Assembly (NCBI GenBank): GCA_946965045.2
Contig: OX337235.1
Span: 2,790,001 to 2,854,000, forward strand
Direction: 5' to 3'
From: Epithemia pelagica
Taxonomy: Eukaryota > Protista > Bacillariophyta
Length of the DNA stretch: 64,000 nt
In this document: piece after piece, positions 43,956-55,965 of the stretch
Numbering within the stretch: position 1 is the first letter of the stretch
Layout of the letters: each line of letters starts with the position of its first letter
The notes under the pieces: model-generated
What the model was told of the DNA's origin: nothing
Database searches by the model: none
The model's input: only the letters and a program-made list of their open reading frames with translations
Translations under genes and position numbers: made by a program

Positions 43956-45364
43956 CCAACAAAAGAGAAACAATAACAATTTGGACCAGGGACTGCAGGT
44001 TGGCCGTGGTCCGTGTGGGGATTGATGTGGAACTACAGCACGTAGTGGGTTTCGTTCCTCTGGATTCGACTCTTGTGTGCTGCTGGATTGCCAACCATGG
44101 GAACGTACCGTCTCGAACGGACCCATCTGGATTGGAGCGAATGAACCAGGTGGATCCTGTTCCTCCCGTTGTGTCGTGTCGTGTCGTGTCGTGTCGTGTG
44201 GAGGAATCATGGATTTTTCCAAAGGGTTGCTGGAAAACGATGCTGCACGCCTCTTTGTCTTTTTCGGGACGACCCCACGTCCATGCAGTTCCCAGTGTGT
44301 TGCATCCGAGCAGCAGCAGTGACAGCAGTACACGGACCTACCGCCTCGATCACAAACCAGCACGGTTCCCCACTGGTCTTTTTTTCGTTCACCAAAACTC
44401 GAGTCCATAGAGCCGGGTGAGATGTATTCCATGGCATTCTGGTAAGAAACCAAGGGATCCCGGAAAGCAGTCCATAGGAAACACTGGATTGGAAGAAGAG
44501 AACGTGTTTTCTACGAAACGATTGTCGAAACGTAAAATCTAAAATGTATTGGATCTTTATGGGGCATATTAGGGTCGTCTCCTGAAATGTTTTACATGAC
44601 ATTGTTTGGCGAATGATCAGCGTTAGTAGTTTTACATGTGAGACCATGTCGAAGAATGAAAGATTTTCGACTCAGAAGAACTGTGATTGTTTCACACCAA
44701 ACGGCCATGATATTCCAGGTAATAGACCATCAATTGTAAGAACAATTCCATTTTGAGGACCGTAAAATCCTGATAATACTCTTTCTCGATCATCCCGGAT
44801 ACTCTCTTCATAGTGCCCAGGGAGTGGATCGGTTACACGGTTGTTGGTGTCAGTCACTCCATAATTAGCTAGCTAGAATGTCGATACAGCTATAATTCAC
44901 AACAACATTAGAATAAGTGTATGTATGTATGTCTCTGTGTATCGTGTACAAGTAAGTTTCCCCAACCACAGGATTCTCGCTGATATATAGCCCCCTGCTA
45001 CTTGTGAGTCTCCTGTTTCGTTATGCTCGTTTGTCTAAGTGATCCATGATTTCTCCCTGCCAGTTCCTTCCCATCGTGCAGTCCAGCGTGGAGACCCTGT
45101 TCCACGTCTTTTTGATTCCTTCTTGTTCGTTTCCATTCCCCATTCCAATCATAACTAGAACCTTCCTGCGTGGTATATTCCACGGTGGTCATTCTCTGGT
45201 AACGCCTCCACCGCCACACTTTCTTTGGCCGATCCAAACAATCCTTCTCGAATTGTGAACAGACACCTTCTGGAACGGTCCTCCCATCGAACTCCCTCGT
45301 GGCGTGGAGCACACGATTCGTTCCCACCCACGTTCCCTATATACCGTGTCCACGTGGAGCACCT

Positions 45365-48300
45365 CTAGTATTCCTTGGCCGGATCCACGCCATTGGTGGT
45401 CGTCGTTGTCGTCGTCGCATTCCACGGTGTGGTGGTGGTTGCATCCGCCGGATCCGTCGTCGTCGTCGCACTACTGCCACGAGACCACAAGGATGGTTGC
45501 GTTGTTGTGGTCGTCCCAAAGGCACTGTAGGCTGCCGAAACCGCTTCTTTGCTCGCTCCTTCCGACACACTTCGACTCGTCGTTGTCGTCGTCGTGGGTG
45601 TGGAAGCTCCCTCTTGTTGGTGGTGATGATGGGGCACAAATCGTACCGCATTGGGAGCAGCACTGAGACTACTACTTGCCGTATTGGTGTTGGTCGTCGT
45701 GGTGGTGGGATGTTCGTACGTGACCGTTGGTGGCTTCCACGAGGAATATTGGGCCAAAATGGCCGATCGTCGATCGGACGATCCCGAATAATCGTAATGA
45801 CTCGTCGTCGTCGGTGTCGTGTTGTTGGACGGTCGTTGTGGGGCCAAGGATTCGGCCAATCCCACCAAGGCGGCCAAGGCATCGCGATCACTGGCGGTAA
45901 AGGTGGTGGTCAAATCCCGACGAGCATTGGCCATGGCGGCCGCCGCATGGGCGGCTTCGGCGGTCGATTCACTTTGTTGGTAATAGGCCCCCGTCGCTGT
46001 CGTGGTGGCCGACGACGCTGTGGGTGGGGCATCGGTTGTGGTCGTTGTTGTGGCGGCAAAGACGGGTTCCGAAGCGGGAGTGGCCGCCGTGGCATAAAAC
46101 CCATGGGGCGTACTACTACTGCTGTATCCCTGTGTTTGCTGCGACGACGATGAGGATGACGACAGGGTCGTGCTCGCACTGTGACAATTGCGCAATTCGG
46201 AAAATTTGGGAATCGAAGGTCGCGCCGCCGCTGTCGTGCTGTTGCTGCTACTACTACTCACCACCGATACCGCCGCCGCCGCCGTCGGTAGTTGTTGTTG
46301 CTGCTGTTGTTGTTGATAGTGACTGTATTCGGCAGCCACGGCCAATCGCTGTTGCGAGACGGGTTCGACGACCACACGTGGTGACGACGATGATGACGAG
46401 GCTACCATGGGTGGCGCCGCCGCCGCGACCAGTCGCAAGACGGCCGCTTGTCGTTGTTGTTCGGCTTGGTGTTGTCGGTCTTGTTCTTCTTGTTCCAGGG
46501 TCGCTCGAATCCGTCGTTCTTCTTCCATGCGTTGCGCATACAAGCGTCGATCTTCCAATTCCTTTTTCTTGCGTCGACTTTCGCGTCGTTTGGCTTCGGC
46601 CAAGCGTCGTCGTTCGGCGCGCAATCGTTTTTGTTCCGCCGCTTCTTGTTCTTGCCGTAATTTTTCGGCCCGTTCCAAGGCTTCGGTATCGACGGGCAAT
46701 TCCCGTTTGCCACACGTGTGTACCACCATGCGTCCCTGACACGCGGCACAGCGAAACACGGTCGTCGTTTCGTCATTCGGTGGTGCACGACACGTCGTCG
46801 TTGACTTCCATTCCTTGTGCACCAAACTCATTTTTTCCTTGAGGACTGGATTGACAGCCGAGAGCAACAAGGCTTCGACGGTGGCAATGCGGGATCGTTT
46901 GCCCTTGCCCTTGAGGGTTGGTGGCTGTTGCTCACTCGCCACAGTACGGTGTTGCTGTTGAGACGTGGCAACGACTTGTTGTGGTTGTTGTGGTGGTTGT
47001 TTGGGTTGGTGCTCTTGTTGTTCTTGCATGGCTTTGGAACATTGCGGAAACAACGTCAAGGCCTGCGGGGTCGATCGAACCCGTCGTTGGGAGTGTGGGG
47101 GTCGTCGTCGACCGGGACTGACCGCCGCTGCAGCTGCTTGTGTGTCAAAGACCTCGCGCAAACTGGGTTCGGGCACGGATGGGACACGCACGACCGTGTC
47201 ATTTTCGTCATCGTCATCACTGCACAGGACGGAAATGAGGGGTTCTTGTTCTTGCTGTTGCAAGGATTGTTGCAAGGCTTTTTGCAAATCCGAATCTTCT
47301 TGTTTGGTCGTGGGCGAAGTCGTCGGCTGTTGTTGCTGTGGTGGTTGTGCCACCCACACATTGTGATCCAATTCCGTTTCGTCTTCGACATATTCGACAC
47401 TTTCCGTCACGAGTTGATATCCCACGGGGTAGGGCGTTCCGGCAAATTCCGATTGGACCGTGGCCGACCATTGCCATCCGTGTCCACTGTGGGCCGTGGC
47501 ACACACCAAATTCCAGCCCCGACCCGGTGTCGCCATAATGTGCAAGCCCAACAAACCACCGGGAGGCGCTTGCAAGGTGGTGAGGGGCAAGACTTGTCCC
47601 GGTTTCCACACATACAAGGTGGATTGCAATTCCGTGGGACCTCGTGTCGGATGAGGAACACCGACCAAGAGCATGTTGGAAAAGAGCTTGTTGCCATTGG
47701 TATTGTTGTTTTGATTCGTAGAAGGATGGGACGCTGGCATCCCAGCGGAGGACGTCGTACTGTGGCTGTGGGCACTGCTCGTGGATTCCCATCGCCGCAA
47801 TCCTCCAGCTCGTGCTTGTACTGATGATGATGTGCTTGCCAATTCATCGCTGCGATGAATCCAACACGTTGTGGCTTGTCGATGGTTCTTGCTCGTGCCA
47901 CCCCCCGTGCTACTGTTACTGCCGGACGAACCGAGCACCAATTCTCCGGCGTCAAACCCGGGTTCGGGAATCCAAAAACAGGCTTGCCATGCCACCGTTT
48001 GGTTGTGCAAGGCTACCGTTTCGCCATAGACGGTCAAAAAGGTTAATCGATTCGTTTCATAACAGCGAATGCCGCGTCCCGTACACAAGAACAAAAAATC
48101 GTGGTATTGTTCCAACACACAATCGGTATAGACATGACGTCCGGCTTCGGGTAAGGCGGTCCGTTGGGCCACTGGACCTTGGACCGTCATGCGACACAAC
48201 CACGTTTCCCAGGACGAGGACGATACGTCTTCACTGGACTGCGAAAGTACGGTCAAAATGTGAGTGGGGCTGTGACGATCCCAAACCGCGGCATGACACC

Positions 48301-49585
48301 AACAGTGCGAGACCGAATCGGCGGGATCCACGGGCGTGTGCGTGACGGGTTCCACCGTAAAGTCGATGCAAAACAAACTGTGGTACTCGTGGCTGAAAGT
48401 GGCGTTGCTAGTGGTTGGTGGTGGAACTTCGGTAGGACGACATCGCAACGGTCTCCACAACAAGAGCGATTGGGTGGGATGCAAATCGAGCGCTTGAAAA
48501 TTCAAGGCCTGTTGTTGTGGGGAGTGTCGTTTGGTACCTGTTGTGGCGGTAGTAGTTGCGGCAAGAGAATGGGTGGTGGGCATGCCCTTATCATTGAGCG
48601 GCACGAGAGCCAGAGTGGTATGATGGACCACATTCAACACTTGGACTTCCCGTTTGGTCCAGACGACACAGACTGCCCCTTGCCAACACACGGCGGTCAC
48701 GGCATTGGGATACAAGGCGGCCGCTGCCTTGGTAGTAGTCGAAGTATAATGCTTGGTGTCACTCCAGGCAATGGGTCGTTCGGCTTCGCGTTGGGCGGCG
48801 GCCGTTCGTACCGTTTGCAAACACACGGCACGGGGATGACGACAATACAAGAGCACTTGGCCGGCCGCATCGCCGACACAAAAGTAATTGGAATCGTCTT
48901 GCCGCACGGCAAAACACGTCCACGGCGCCGCCGGAACGGCCAAAAACGACGTTTCTTCTTCTAGTTGGGCATGTTGGGGTTGCAAGGGGACCCATCGTTC
49001 CTTGTGCGCCTCGGCAATGCGGGTCCACTGCGGTAAAGATGGTCCTTTGGTGGCCACCAAATCTTGATAGATTTGGGGATACCGTTGGGCCAAGGTAGGT
49101 CGTTCGGGGAGCGGCAAGGGCAAGACGGGTTGAATGGACACGGCATGGGCCACAATTTGATCCACGGCCGTCAATGACGAAGAAGAAGAAGACGCGCTCG
49201 TCTTGGAATCGTCCTTGGCCGACGTGGCACCATTGGTCGTCTTGCTGCTGCTATTTGGAGGCACTCGTTTTCGTCTCTTGCTGTGGGGATTCGGTGGTCT
49301 TCCTGGTCCTCGTTTCAAGGGGGTGGTCACACCGTTGGTCGTAGTGGAAGCACTGCTGTTGGTCCATACAGTCGTCGTGGTCGTTGTTGTTGTTTGGGAC
49401 GGAAACGAGGATCGATGTCGTTGTCGACCTTGCGCTCGAGCGGCCCGTCGTTCGGCGGCATTGTCTTCCAACGATACAGGTGGTGGTGGAAAGGATTCGC
49501 CGCGTCGTCGCTTGACGGTAAAGGTGGAAGGATTGTCATCGGAATAATGATTGACACCCCGACGATGTCGTTGAGGTCGTTCCAT
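45365..49585 (-). CDS. Large protein with AT-hook, divergent WD40-like region and RBBP5/Swd1-like acidic motif
   Basis: KRGPGRPP (AT-hook), beta-rich W/D-containing middle region, and YPVGYQLVTESVEYVEDETELD (cf. RBBP5 APDFKELDENVEYEERESEFD), then a coiled coil and low-complexity tail. Confidence 0.6.
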   Translation of the reverse strand: MERPQRHRRGVNHYSDDNPSTFTVKRRRGESFPPPPVSLEDNAAERRAARAQGRQRHRSSFPSQTTTTTTTTVWTNSSASTTTNGVTTPLKRGPGRPPNPHSKRRKRVPPNSSSKTTNGATSAKDDSKTSASSSSSSLTAVDQIVAHAVSIQPVLPLPLPERPTLAQRYPQIYQDLVATKGPSLPQWTRIAEAHKERWVPLQPQHAQLEEETSFLAVPAAPWTCFAVRQDDSNYFCVGDAAGQVLLYCRHPRAVCLQTVRTAAAQREAERPIAWSDTKHYTSTTTKAAAALYPNAVTAVCWQGAVCVVWTKREVQVLNVVHHTTLALVPLNDKGMPTTHSLAATTTATTGTKRHSPQQQALNFQALDLHPTQSLLLWRPLRCRPTEVPPPTTSNATFSHEYHSLFCIDFTVEPVTHTPVDPADSVSHCWCHAAVWDRHSPTHILTVLSQSSEDVSSSSWETWLCRMTVQGPVAQRTALPEAGRHVYTDCVLEQYHDFLFLCTGRGIRCYETNRLTFLTVYGETVALHNQTVAWQACFWIPEPGFDAGELVLGSSGSNSSTGGGTSKNHRQATTCWIHRSDELASTSSSVQARAGGLRRWESTSSAHSHSTTSSAGMPASHPSTNQNNNTNGNKLFSNMLLVGVPHPTRGPTELQSTLYVWKPGQVLPLTTLQAPPGGLLGLHIMATPGRGWNLVCATAHSGHGWQWSATVQSEFAGTPYPVGYQLVTESVEYVEDETELDHNVWVAQPPQQQQPTTSPTTKQEDSDLQKALQQSLQQQEQEPLISVLCSDDDDENDTVVRVPSVPEPSLREVFDTQAAAAAVSPGRRRPPHSQRRVRSTPQALTLFPQCSKAMQEQQEHQPKQPPQQPQQVVATSQQQHRTVASEQQPPTLKGKGKRSRIATVEALLLSAVNPVLKEKMSLVHKEWKSTTTCRAPPNDETTTVFRCAACQGRMVVHTCGKRELPVDTEALERAEKLRQEQEAAEQKRLRAERRRLAEAKRRESRRKKKELEDRRLYAQRMEEERRIRATLEQEEQDRQHQAEQQRQAAVLRLVAAAAPPMVASSSSSSPRVVVEPVSQQRLAVAAEYSHYQQQQQQQQLPTAAAAVSVVSSSSSNSTTAAARPSIPKFSELRNCHSASTTLSSSSSSSQQTQGYSSSSTPHGFYATAATPASEPVFAATTTTTTDAPPTASSATTTATGAYYQQSESTAEAAHAAAAMANARRDLTTTFTASDRDALAALVGLAESLAPQRPSNNTTPTTTSHYDYSGSSDRRSAILAQYSSWKPPTVTYEHPTTTTTNTNTASSSLSAAPNAVRFVPHHHHQQEGASTPTTTTTTSRSVSEGASKEAVSAAYSAFGTTTTTQPSLWSRGSSATTTTDPADATTTTPWNATTTTTTTNGVDPAKEY

Positions 49586-50573
49586 TCTGATTAAAAGAGT
49601 AAGGATGGTGACGACCACAACAACACGGTTGTGTCTTTTTGGTTCGGCGGGTCTTGGTGGTGGTGGTGGTGTTGCGTCAAGAAGAGACGGGGGCTTGGCC
49701 CACAGCCGCAAAAAAGGAAGCGTATTGTTGCGGTTGCCCAAAAGTCACACTCTTCGACGGGTCACGCACACAACACACAACAAACGACCACCGTCGTTTC
49801 GTCGTTTTTTCCCCACGTGGATTCAGTACTGGTCGACCGTAGACGACGAGATAGTACACTTTCCACTAGAGTAACCAGGAGCAATGACACCCGCCGAAGC
49901 CTTTTTCCTTTCTTTCGGGGTAAAACGACGCGAATCCGAACACGAGTCCACCATGACGCATGGACCCTGGCCGGAGAGAGCTTCCACACAAGTCTCCTGG
50001 GATCGGAATACTGCGCGTGATGAAACGAATCCGTGTATATTTTCTCGAAAAACTTAAACAATACAAACCGCTGGATTGTCCTAGGAAGCCCTCCGGGGCC
50101 ATTCGTTTCGTGTGGCATGCGTTGACGTTCATGACGTCACCGTGACTGACGGAAGCAGAATCTCCTACACTGCCATGGCAAGATCCACACCTCCTCGCAC
50201 ACCATGCTCAAAAGCATACAATTCCTCTGAATCGTGTCAGACGTTGGACGCTGAGGACTGTGTTCGGGGAAGCAGCAGATGGAGGGAGGCCACTGGTCAA
50301 TTGTGCGGCGCCTGTGTACTCAGAGACGAGAAGATGGCAGTGGGACCATGAGGAAGAAGATCTCGTTCTTTGCTCCCTCGCTCCCTCTCCAAGAACAAGA
50401 GGGTCTCCAAGCAATGGCGTGGATTTAGACATTTGGTTGTTGTTCCTATTTAAGAAGGCACCAAGACGACGATCGAATCGGATTGATCGGTCCGAATTGA
50501 AATCTTCAATCTTCCCAGTGACACACGCACTCTCCTCTCGGACGATTTGGTGTGGATTCGTTTCCCTCCCAAA

Positions 50574-51809
50574 ATGTGGAAGAATGGACTGACATGTTTC
50601 ACACAGGGTAGCGCAAGACTGCTTTCCAAGAGAAATCCAATTCCGTCCTGCCATGGTACCGCCACCCTGCCGCGTTCGACTCCATTGTTGTGGATACGGG
50701 GAATGGGTGTCACACCGGGATTTCAATGGCGCCCCAAACCTCCTCGCGCCTACAAGGTGGCTCGACAACGCACCTTGCAACAAAAACGAGCGCCATTGGA
50801 AGAACGATTGGCCAATGTTCGGAAACGGGAAAATCGACTCAAACGCGTCTATGGGACTCCCAAGGATCCCCCTCCGGCCGACAATATCTTTGATCCCAAT
50901 TATACCGGTACCGATGTGAACCCCTCGGATATCCGCGTCTTTGAATCGACCTCGTCGCCCTTTGTCTACCAGGCCCGTGACTTTGTGCCGGACGAGAACG
51001 ACGACGAAGAGACGGGCTTGCCTTATTGGAATCGTCCCAGTCGATTTGTGCGTTCGCGCTGTGCCTTTTGCCATTTCTCCGAAGCCGACTTTGCCTCGGG
51101 CACATGGCCAGAAACATCCGTGGCCGAAGTGGCCTTTTTGGGACGCTCCAATGTGGGAAAGTCGAGTTTAATGAATGCCTTGATGCAAGCCAAATTGGCT
51201 CGGACGAGCAAATTGCCCGGACGGACGCAACACGCCTATTACTTTGGCATGTTTCCCAATGGGTTGGATACTCGCGATTGGCGCCGCGCCAGTGGCTTTT
51301 TGGTGGATTTGCCCGGCTATGGCTATGCCGTGGGACCCGATGACGCGGTGGATTCCTGGCAGAGTCATACCCAACGCTATTTGTTGGCCCGGATGCGGTC
51401 GGGACACTTGGTCCGCCTCTATTTGTTGGTCGATGGTCGACAAGTCCAACAATCCTTGGATTGGTCCATTTTGAAATGGTTGGATGAGACGGCCACCGAC
51501 TTGCCCTATTCCATTGTCTTTACCAAAGCCGATAGTTCGTCGCCGCAAGAATTGTCTCCCTTGCTCAATACCCTGTCGATGCGGTACAATCAAAAGTTTC
51601 GGCCCCATACCGAACTGGACCACCGACACGAAGAACTTCATCAGTTGTGTGCGTCGGTGGGTGTGGAGGCACCCCACAACAAACAAACCTTGTTGGACCA
51701 ACGGGGTGGACAATCTCCTATTTTCCACGTGACGAGTGCCACCAAAGGTATGGGGTTGGACGAATTGTGGAAGAGCATTTCCTGGGAATTTCAACACTAC
51801 CATGAGTAA
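50574..51809 (+). CDS. engB: EngB/YihA-family GTP-binding protein, organellar
   Basis: G1 GRSNVGKSS, G2 SKLPGRTQ, G3 DLPGYG, G4 TKAD and G5 TSA, with an Arg-rich N-terminal presequence. Confidence 0.9.
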   Translation: MWKNGLTCFTQGSARLLSKRNPIPSCHGTATLPRSTPLLWIRGMGVTPGFQWRPKPPRAYKVARQRTLQQKRAPLEERLANVRKRENRLKRVYGTPKDPPPADNIFDPNYTGTDVNPSDIRVFESTSSPFVYQARDFVPDENDDEETGLPYWNRPSRFVRSRCAFCHFSEADFASGTWPETSVAEVAFLGRSNVGKSSLMNALMQAKLARTSKLPGRTQHAYYFGMFPNGLDTRDWRRASGFLVDLPGYGYAVGPDDAVDSWQSHTQRYLLARMRSGHLVRLYLLVDGRQVQQSLDWSILKWLDETATDLPYSIVFTKADSSSPQELSPLLNTLSMRYNQKFRPHTELDHRHEELHQLCASVGVEAPHNKQTLLDQRGGQSPIFHVTSATKGMGLDELWKSISWEFQHYHE

Positions 51810-52219
51810 TAACAAAGGATGGGCAGGAATGCCTGGTGTCCAGGAACCGTCTGAAGTCGTCCGTATACGGGGTTGATAGACTACCATTCGGAGCAATCAT
51901 CCGTCGAAGCGATCCGTGTGTCGATCTATGGGAAGGACTCGACCAATCCAATCAACAGTTCCTTTCCAATTTCCTTTTGTAATTCCTGTAGAATAGCAGG
52001 AATGATGAGGACACATGGAGGTGCATTGAGTTCGCAAAAGAATGTAATTCACGATGCATGACAAGCGTGTTGATGTGAAAAAACTCTTCGATTGTACGTA
52101 ACTTGTACTAGTCGTACTTTTGCTAAGGGTTAAAGTATATATAAATAACGTTTCAAATAACAATGGCCTCGTTGGACTTGTCGAATCTGTCCGTGACTCT
52201 CTTTCTCTCTCTCTCTGCT

Positions 52220-54308
52220 TTACCATATCGTGAGGGACGTAACCCGCATGTAAAACTTCGGGTCTATCGTTTTCGCGCTAATCTCATAGCGACCTTCACT
52301 GTTGGATGTCCACTGATGTCCACGCTCATGCTTTAAAAAGGCGCAATCGGAAAATCTTGTAAACTGCGTAACTGCGTTGCCATTGACTGTCATGGAGACC
52401 TTGGGCTCCGCCGTGGTATTGGTCAAGTGTCCTTTCATGGTCACGGAATCATTCGGACAACCCCATCCACACGACGCCAAACACAGAGCAATAAAGCCCA
52501 TTGTTTCGGGTCTGGAGTTGGGAAGTGAATTTGCCACCCGATTGTAATAGGCACTTTCCGCTTCATTGGGAAGAGTCAGGGTGGACCATGCATTGCCATT
52601 GACCATGAAAAAGTCTTGGTAATCAATCTGCACCTTGTAATTCTTGCAGTTACCTTGGTACAAACGTGGATCCCATCCTAGTTCCATTTTGGCATTCTCC
52701 GTCTGGCGTATTTCCTTGATCTCGTGTCCGTGGTCGTAGCGATCATAATCCAAATCATTGTCTCGTTTCTGGTCGGATTCCGTCAACAGGCCCATGTAGC
52801 GAAGCTCGGATGGGACTCGTGCCGTATGGCAATAATTGGGGTTCCAGTAAATGATATCATTGGGAATATCCGAGATATCCTTCAAGTTTCCAGGAAATCG
52901 AATATGGCTCACATTCCTGCTCAAAAAGGGTTGATACGCAAGGTCCTCCTCCGCCTTGAGATTCCCCAAAAGCACCGGCGGATCCGATCCTTTCTCCTTG
53001 ATCATTTGCAATGCGTCATTGATAATCTCGATCAAGAACAAGGTCATAAAGTTTCCATGAAATGCATGCCACTTCCTGTGGTTATTGACATATCCACAAA
53101 CTGTGAGATAAACACAGCAAAGAGCAACAGTGTGCGCAAGACAAACGTACCAACCGGGGTGCCAAGAGACTCTGTATTTGCGCTTATCACAAGGTTCGTC
53201 TCCTCCAACATACGTATACTTTGTTTTTCCACAAGGCTCTCCTTTTTCAATTTTACCGTCACAGCGGAACGAACGCACGAATTTTGGCATGGCTTCAATT
53301 TCCTCATCTGTTTTCCCTACCGTGTCGGGTACCTTACCGAGGGCAGTTCCTGTTTGCATGATGAATACAGGAGGTCCCATCGTTCCCACTGCCGTGATTG
53401 CTTTTTCGGTATGCCCCATGAATAATGAGACAATCCCTGGTCGGCTTGGAAGCAAAGCTCCTCGATGAACGAACAACTCTGCCTTGTCTATTCCTTTCTA
53501 TATATATCGCGTCCACGACAATCGTATGATAAACAACTTGTTAGATTGAAATCGATCGAAAGCCCATTCTCACTCCTACTCAAATAGAAGCACATGCTAT
53601 ACGTACCCCAGTTGTCATTCCGTAATCCATTGACAATACATCGATATCGTGTCCAAAGACTTCTTTCATACAGCTTGCAATTTCCATGCCACATGCTGTG
53701 CCTCCCATGGCATAGTTTCGGGCCAAAAAGTCCAGTCCTACGGCTTCAAAAATGGGACCACCCGCCACGCCCATGGTAGCCGTATAGGATTCATTGAAAA
53801 AGTTGCCATGACCCGCCGAGGAGGAGTGACCACCCGTGGCCCAGACGTAGGGCTGTGGTGCTTCCGCAATTTGTGCGGCCAATATTTTTCGTGCCATTTT
53901 GTTTTTCATCCCATCCCATGCAGCCGTGTCTCCCTTAAATATGGAACGCACTGTAGAACGGGAAACACCGTCGACCGTCTCAAAAAAGATGCTATCTACA
54001 GTTTCTTTGCCGTAGTCAACATTCAATTTCTCTCGAAACTTGGCACGTTCTATATCGAACTTGGCGATCAATTGGTCTGTGCTGTAGCTTCCTGCGGCTC
54101 CTTGTAACACTCGAAGACTGGCATGTTCTTCCGTCTCGTGTTTGTTCACGGAGGATTGGTCATTTTGGGAATAATGACTACTTCCGAGAGTCGTGTGAAC
54201 CATGAGGAAAGTTGTCACAAGGGCGGCAAACATACCAAGTGTGACAACCATACCTCGCTGTGAGCTTGCCTCATGATGCTGACGAGGTGCTTCCAGAGAG
54301 GAAACCAT
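52220..54308 (-). CDS. Type II membrane protein with SGNH/GDSL-like motifs, two exons (53607-54308, 52220-53497)
   Basis: N-terminal transmembrane helix, then ATGGHSSSAGHG (block I-like), NYAMGG (block II-like) and DVLSMDYGM (block III-like). A phase-0 GT..AG intron at 53498-53606 joins the two ORFs. Confidence 0.75.
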
Positions 54309-54930
54309 TGTAAATGGTTATGACATGCAATCCGAAGATGCGGACCCAAAGTGAAAGTGTAGGATGATGTCCAAATTTTTTTTTCGGGAAGTGGAAATTT
54401 TAGGCCATACACACCCAAAAATGGGACTTGGTACTCGGTCAACTACTTCATCACATAGCATTGATAGCTCTTCACTCTTCAGCCATGACTCCCTGACGGC
54501 GTCATGAGTTTGTGGTCCATGACTTTTGTTTGATTGACTTTTGACGGTCCCCCGTCAGTCCTTGGTGATAGGTGCACGTGCACGTGGAGAACGATGATCC
54601 GGCTGGATTTCACGCCAGCCGAGAATTCACAATTGTATTGTTTTCATGATTCAGGCACCTCCAACCTCCACCCTCCACCTCAACCGGGACAATGATGATG
54701 GTTCCGGTTTCTCCTGTCCTCTCATCGACGTCGTCCTCGTTTCAAAAGAAGTTTGTGGTAGAGATACTGTCTTTAGATATCCATTGAAGTAATAGGAGTA
54801 GAAATGGACTTAATGGGCTATGATCGAGAATTCGTCCTTTAACCTCTCGGCATAGTCTACTCCACTCATCTCATCAAATTCGAAACAGCAAAGACATTCA
54901 AACGAGACACCAAAACACAATTGCTACACA

Positions 54931-55965
54931 CTATAATTGCTCTAATTGTTCCAATCGCTCCATCAACCTCAACCCCATTCCATCTAATCCATAATTGTGT
55001 TCCAAAAAGGTGATGCGTTCGATAATATTGGGATTGGTATGTTCGGGAGCGGCACCCATGGTTTCTTCCAACTCTTGCAATCGGACCGGAATAGTGTTGT
55101 TGTTGTTTGCAATGCCACTTCGAAAGGACAAGGGACTTTGTAGTTTCTTGTAGGTTCCCTTGGTACTGCCCTTTTTGTGGTTGTTGCTGTTGCTGCTCGT
55201 GCGATGCGATTTGTACTTTTTCGCAAACAACAAGGAGGCGGTCAAGGATTCGGGCACTTCCACTTGTGATTTGCGTTTGCGATCCTTGTGAGGACTTGCA
55301 GTATGCTCCTCCTCGTCCTGTTCATTGTCATCTGGGGGTTGGACGACCCCCGCCGGAGGCAAGACAGTACCAGATTCTCCCGGAACTCCACCTTCCTCCA
55401 TTCCATGAGCAACTCGGTAACGTTGATAATTGGTACAGTGTTGTAAATGGTTGCGACAATTTTTGGGTCGTTTGCGACAAAAAAAGGGATCGGCCGGTTT
55501 TTGCGCCAGCAACAAGGTCTCGTCTCCTCCTTCTCCTTCGAGGGGGTACTTTTCCTTGTGATCCTGAACAGCCTGCTTGTACCTTGCCATGTCATCGTGG
55601 TAGGCGTTCAAACAATGGCGACAATAAACATACATGTTCCCTGCTCGACGGCCCATGTCGAGGAATTCCGCATACAACACTTCATTCCGCTTTTGAGGAG
55701 CGCGAGCCACCACGGGGGCCATGAGATACTCGTTCATGACACCTAGAGCCTTGCTGGAAGGAATTTCCACCTTATTCTTATTATTCTTTGTTTGGTCGGC
55801 CGTCGGGCGTTCGTCGCCATGAGATTCTTCAAATCCGCTCTCTTCGGCTGCTGCTGCTTCTCCTGGATGCTCTTCCTCCTCCTCGTTGTATTCGCTTTCG
55901 TCGTTGTCGTGTCTGCTTGGATTGGCAAGGCGATCGGCCAGAGTATAGGCCACCGAATGTTCCAT
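54931..55965 (-). CDS. Hypothetical nuclear protein with a BED-like zinc-binding motif
   Basis: 344-aa ORF with YVYCRHC...CRNHLQHC, an NLS-like KDRKRK and acidic tracts. Confidence 0.6.
   Translation of the reverse strand: MEHSVAYTLADRLANPSRHDNDESEYNEEEEEHPGEAAAAEESGFEESHGDERPTADQTKNNKNKVEIPSSKALGVMNEYLMAPVVARAPQKRNEVLYAEFLDMGRRAGNMYVYCRHCLNAYHDDMARYKQAVQDHKEKYPLEGEGGDETLLLAQKPADPFFCRKRPKNCRNHLQHCTNYQRYRVAHGMEEGGVPGESGTVLPPAGVVQPPDDNEQDEEEHTASPHKDRKRKSQVEVPESLTASLLFAKKYKSHRTSSNSNNHKKGSTKGTYKKLQSPLSFRSGIANNNNTIPVRLQELEETMGAAPEHTNPNIIERITFLEHNYGLDGMGLRLMERLEQLEQL

Noticed and set aside
45299-48964. Several 180-335-aa plus-strand ORFs
   Set aside because: Antisense to the 1400-aa gene, with no recognisable domains.
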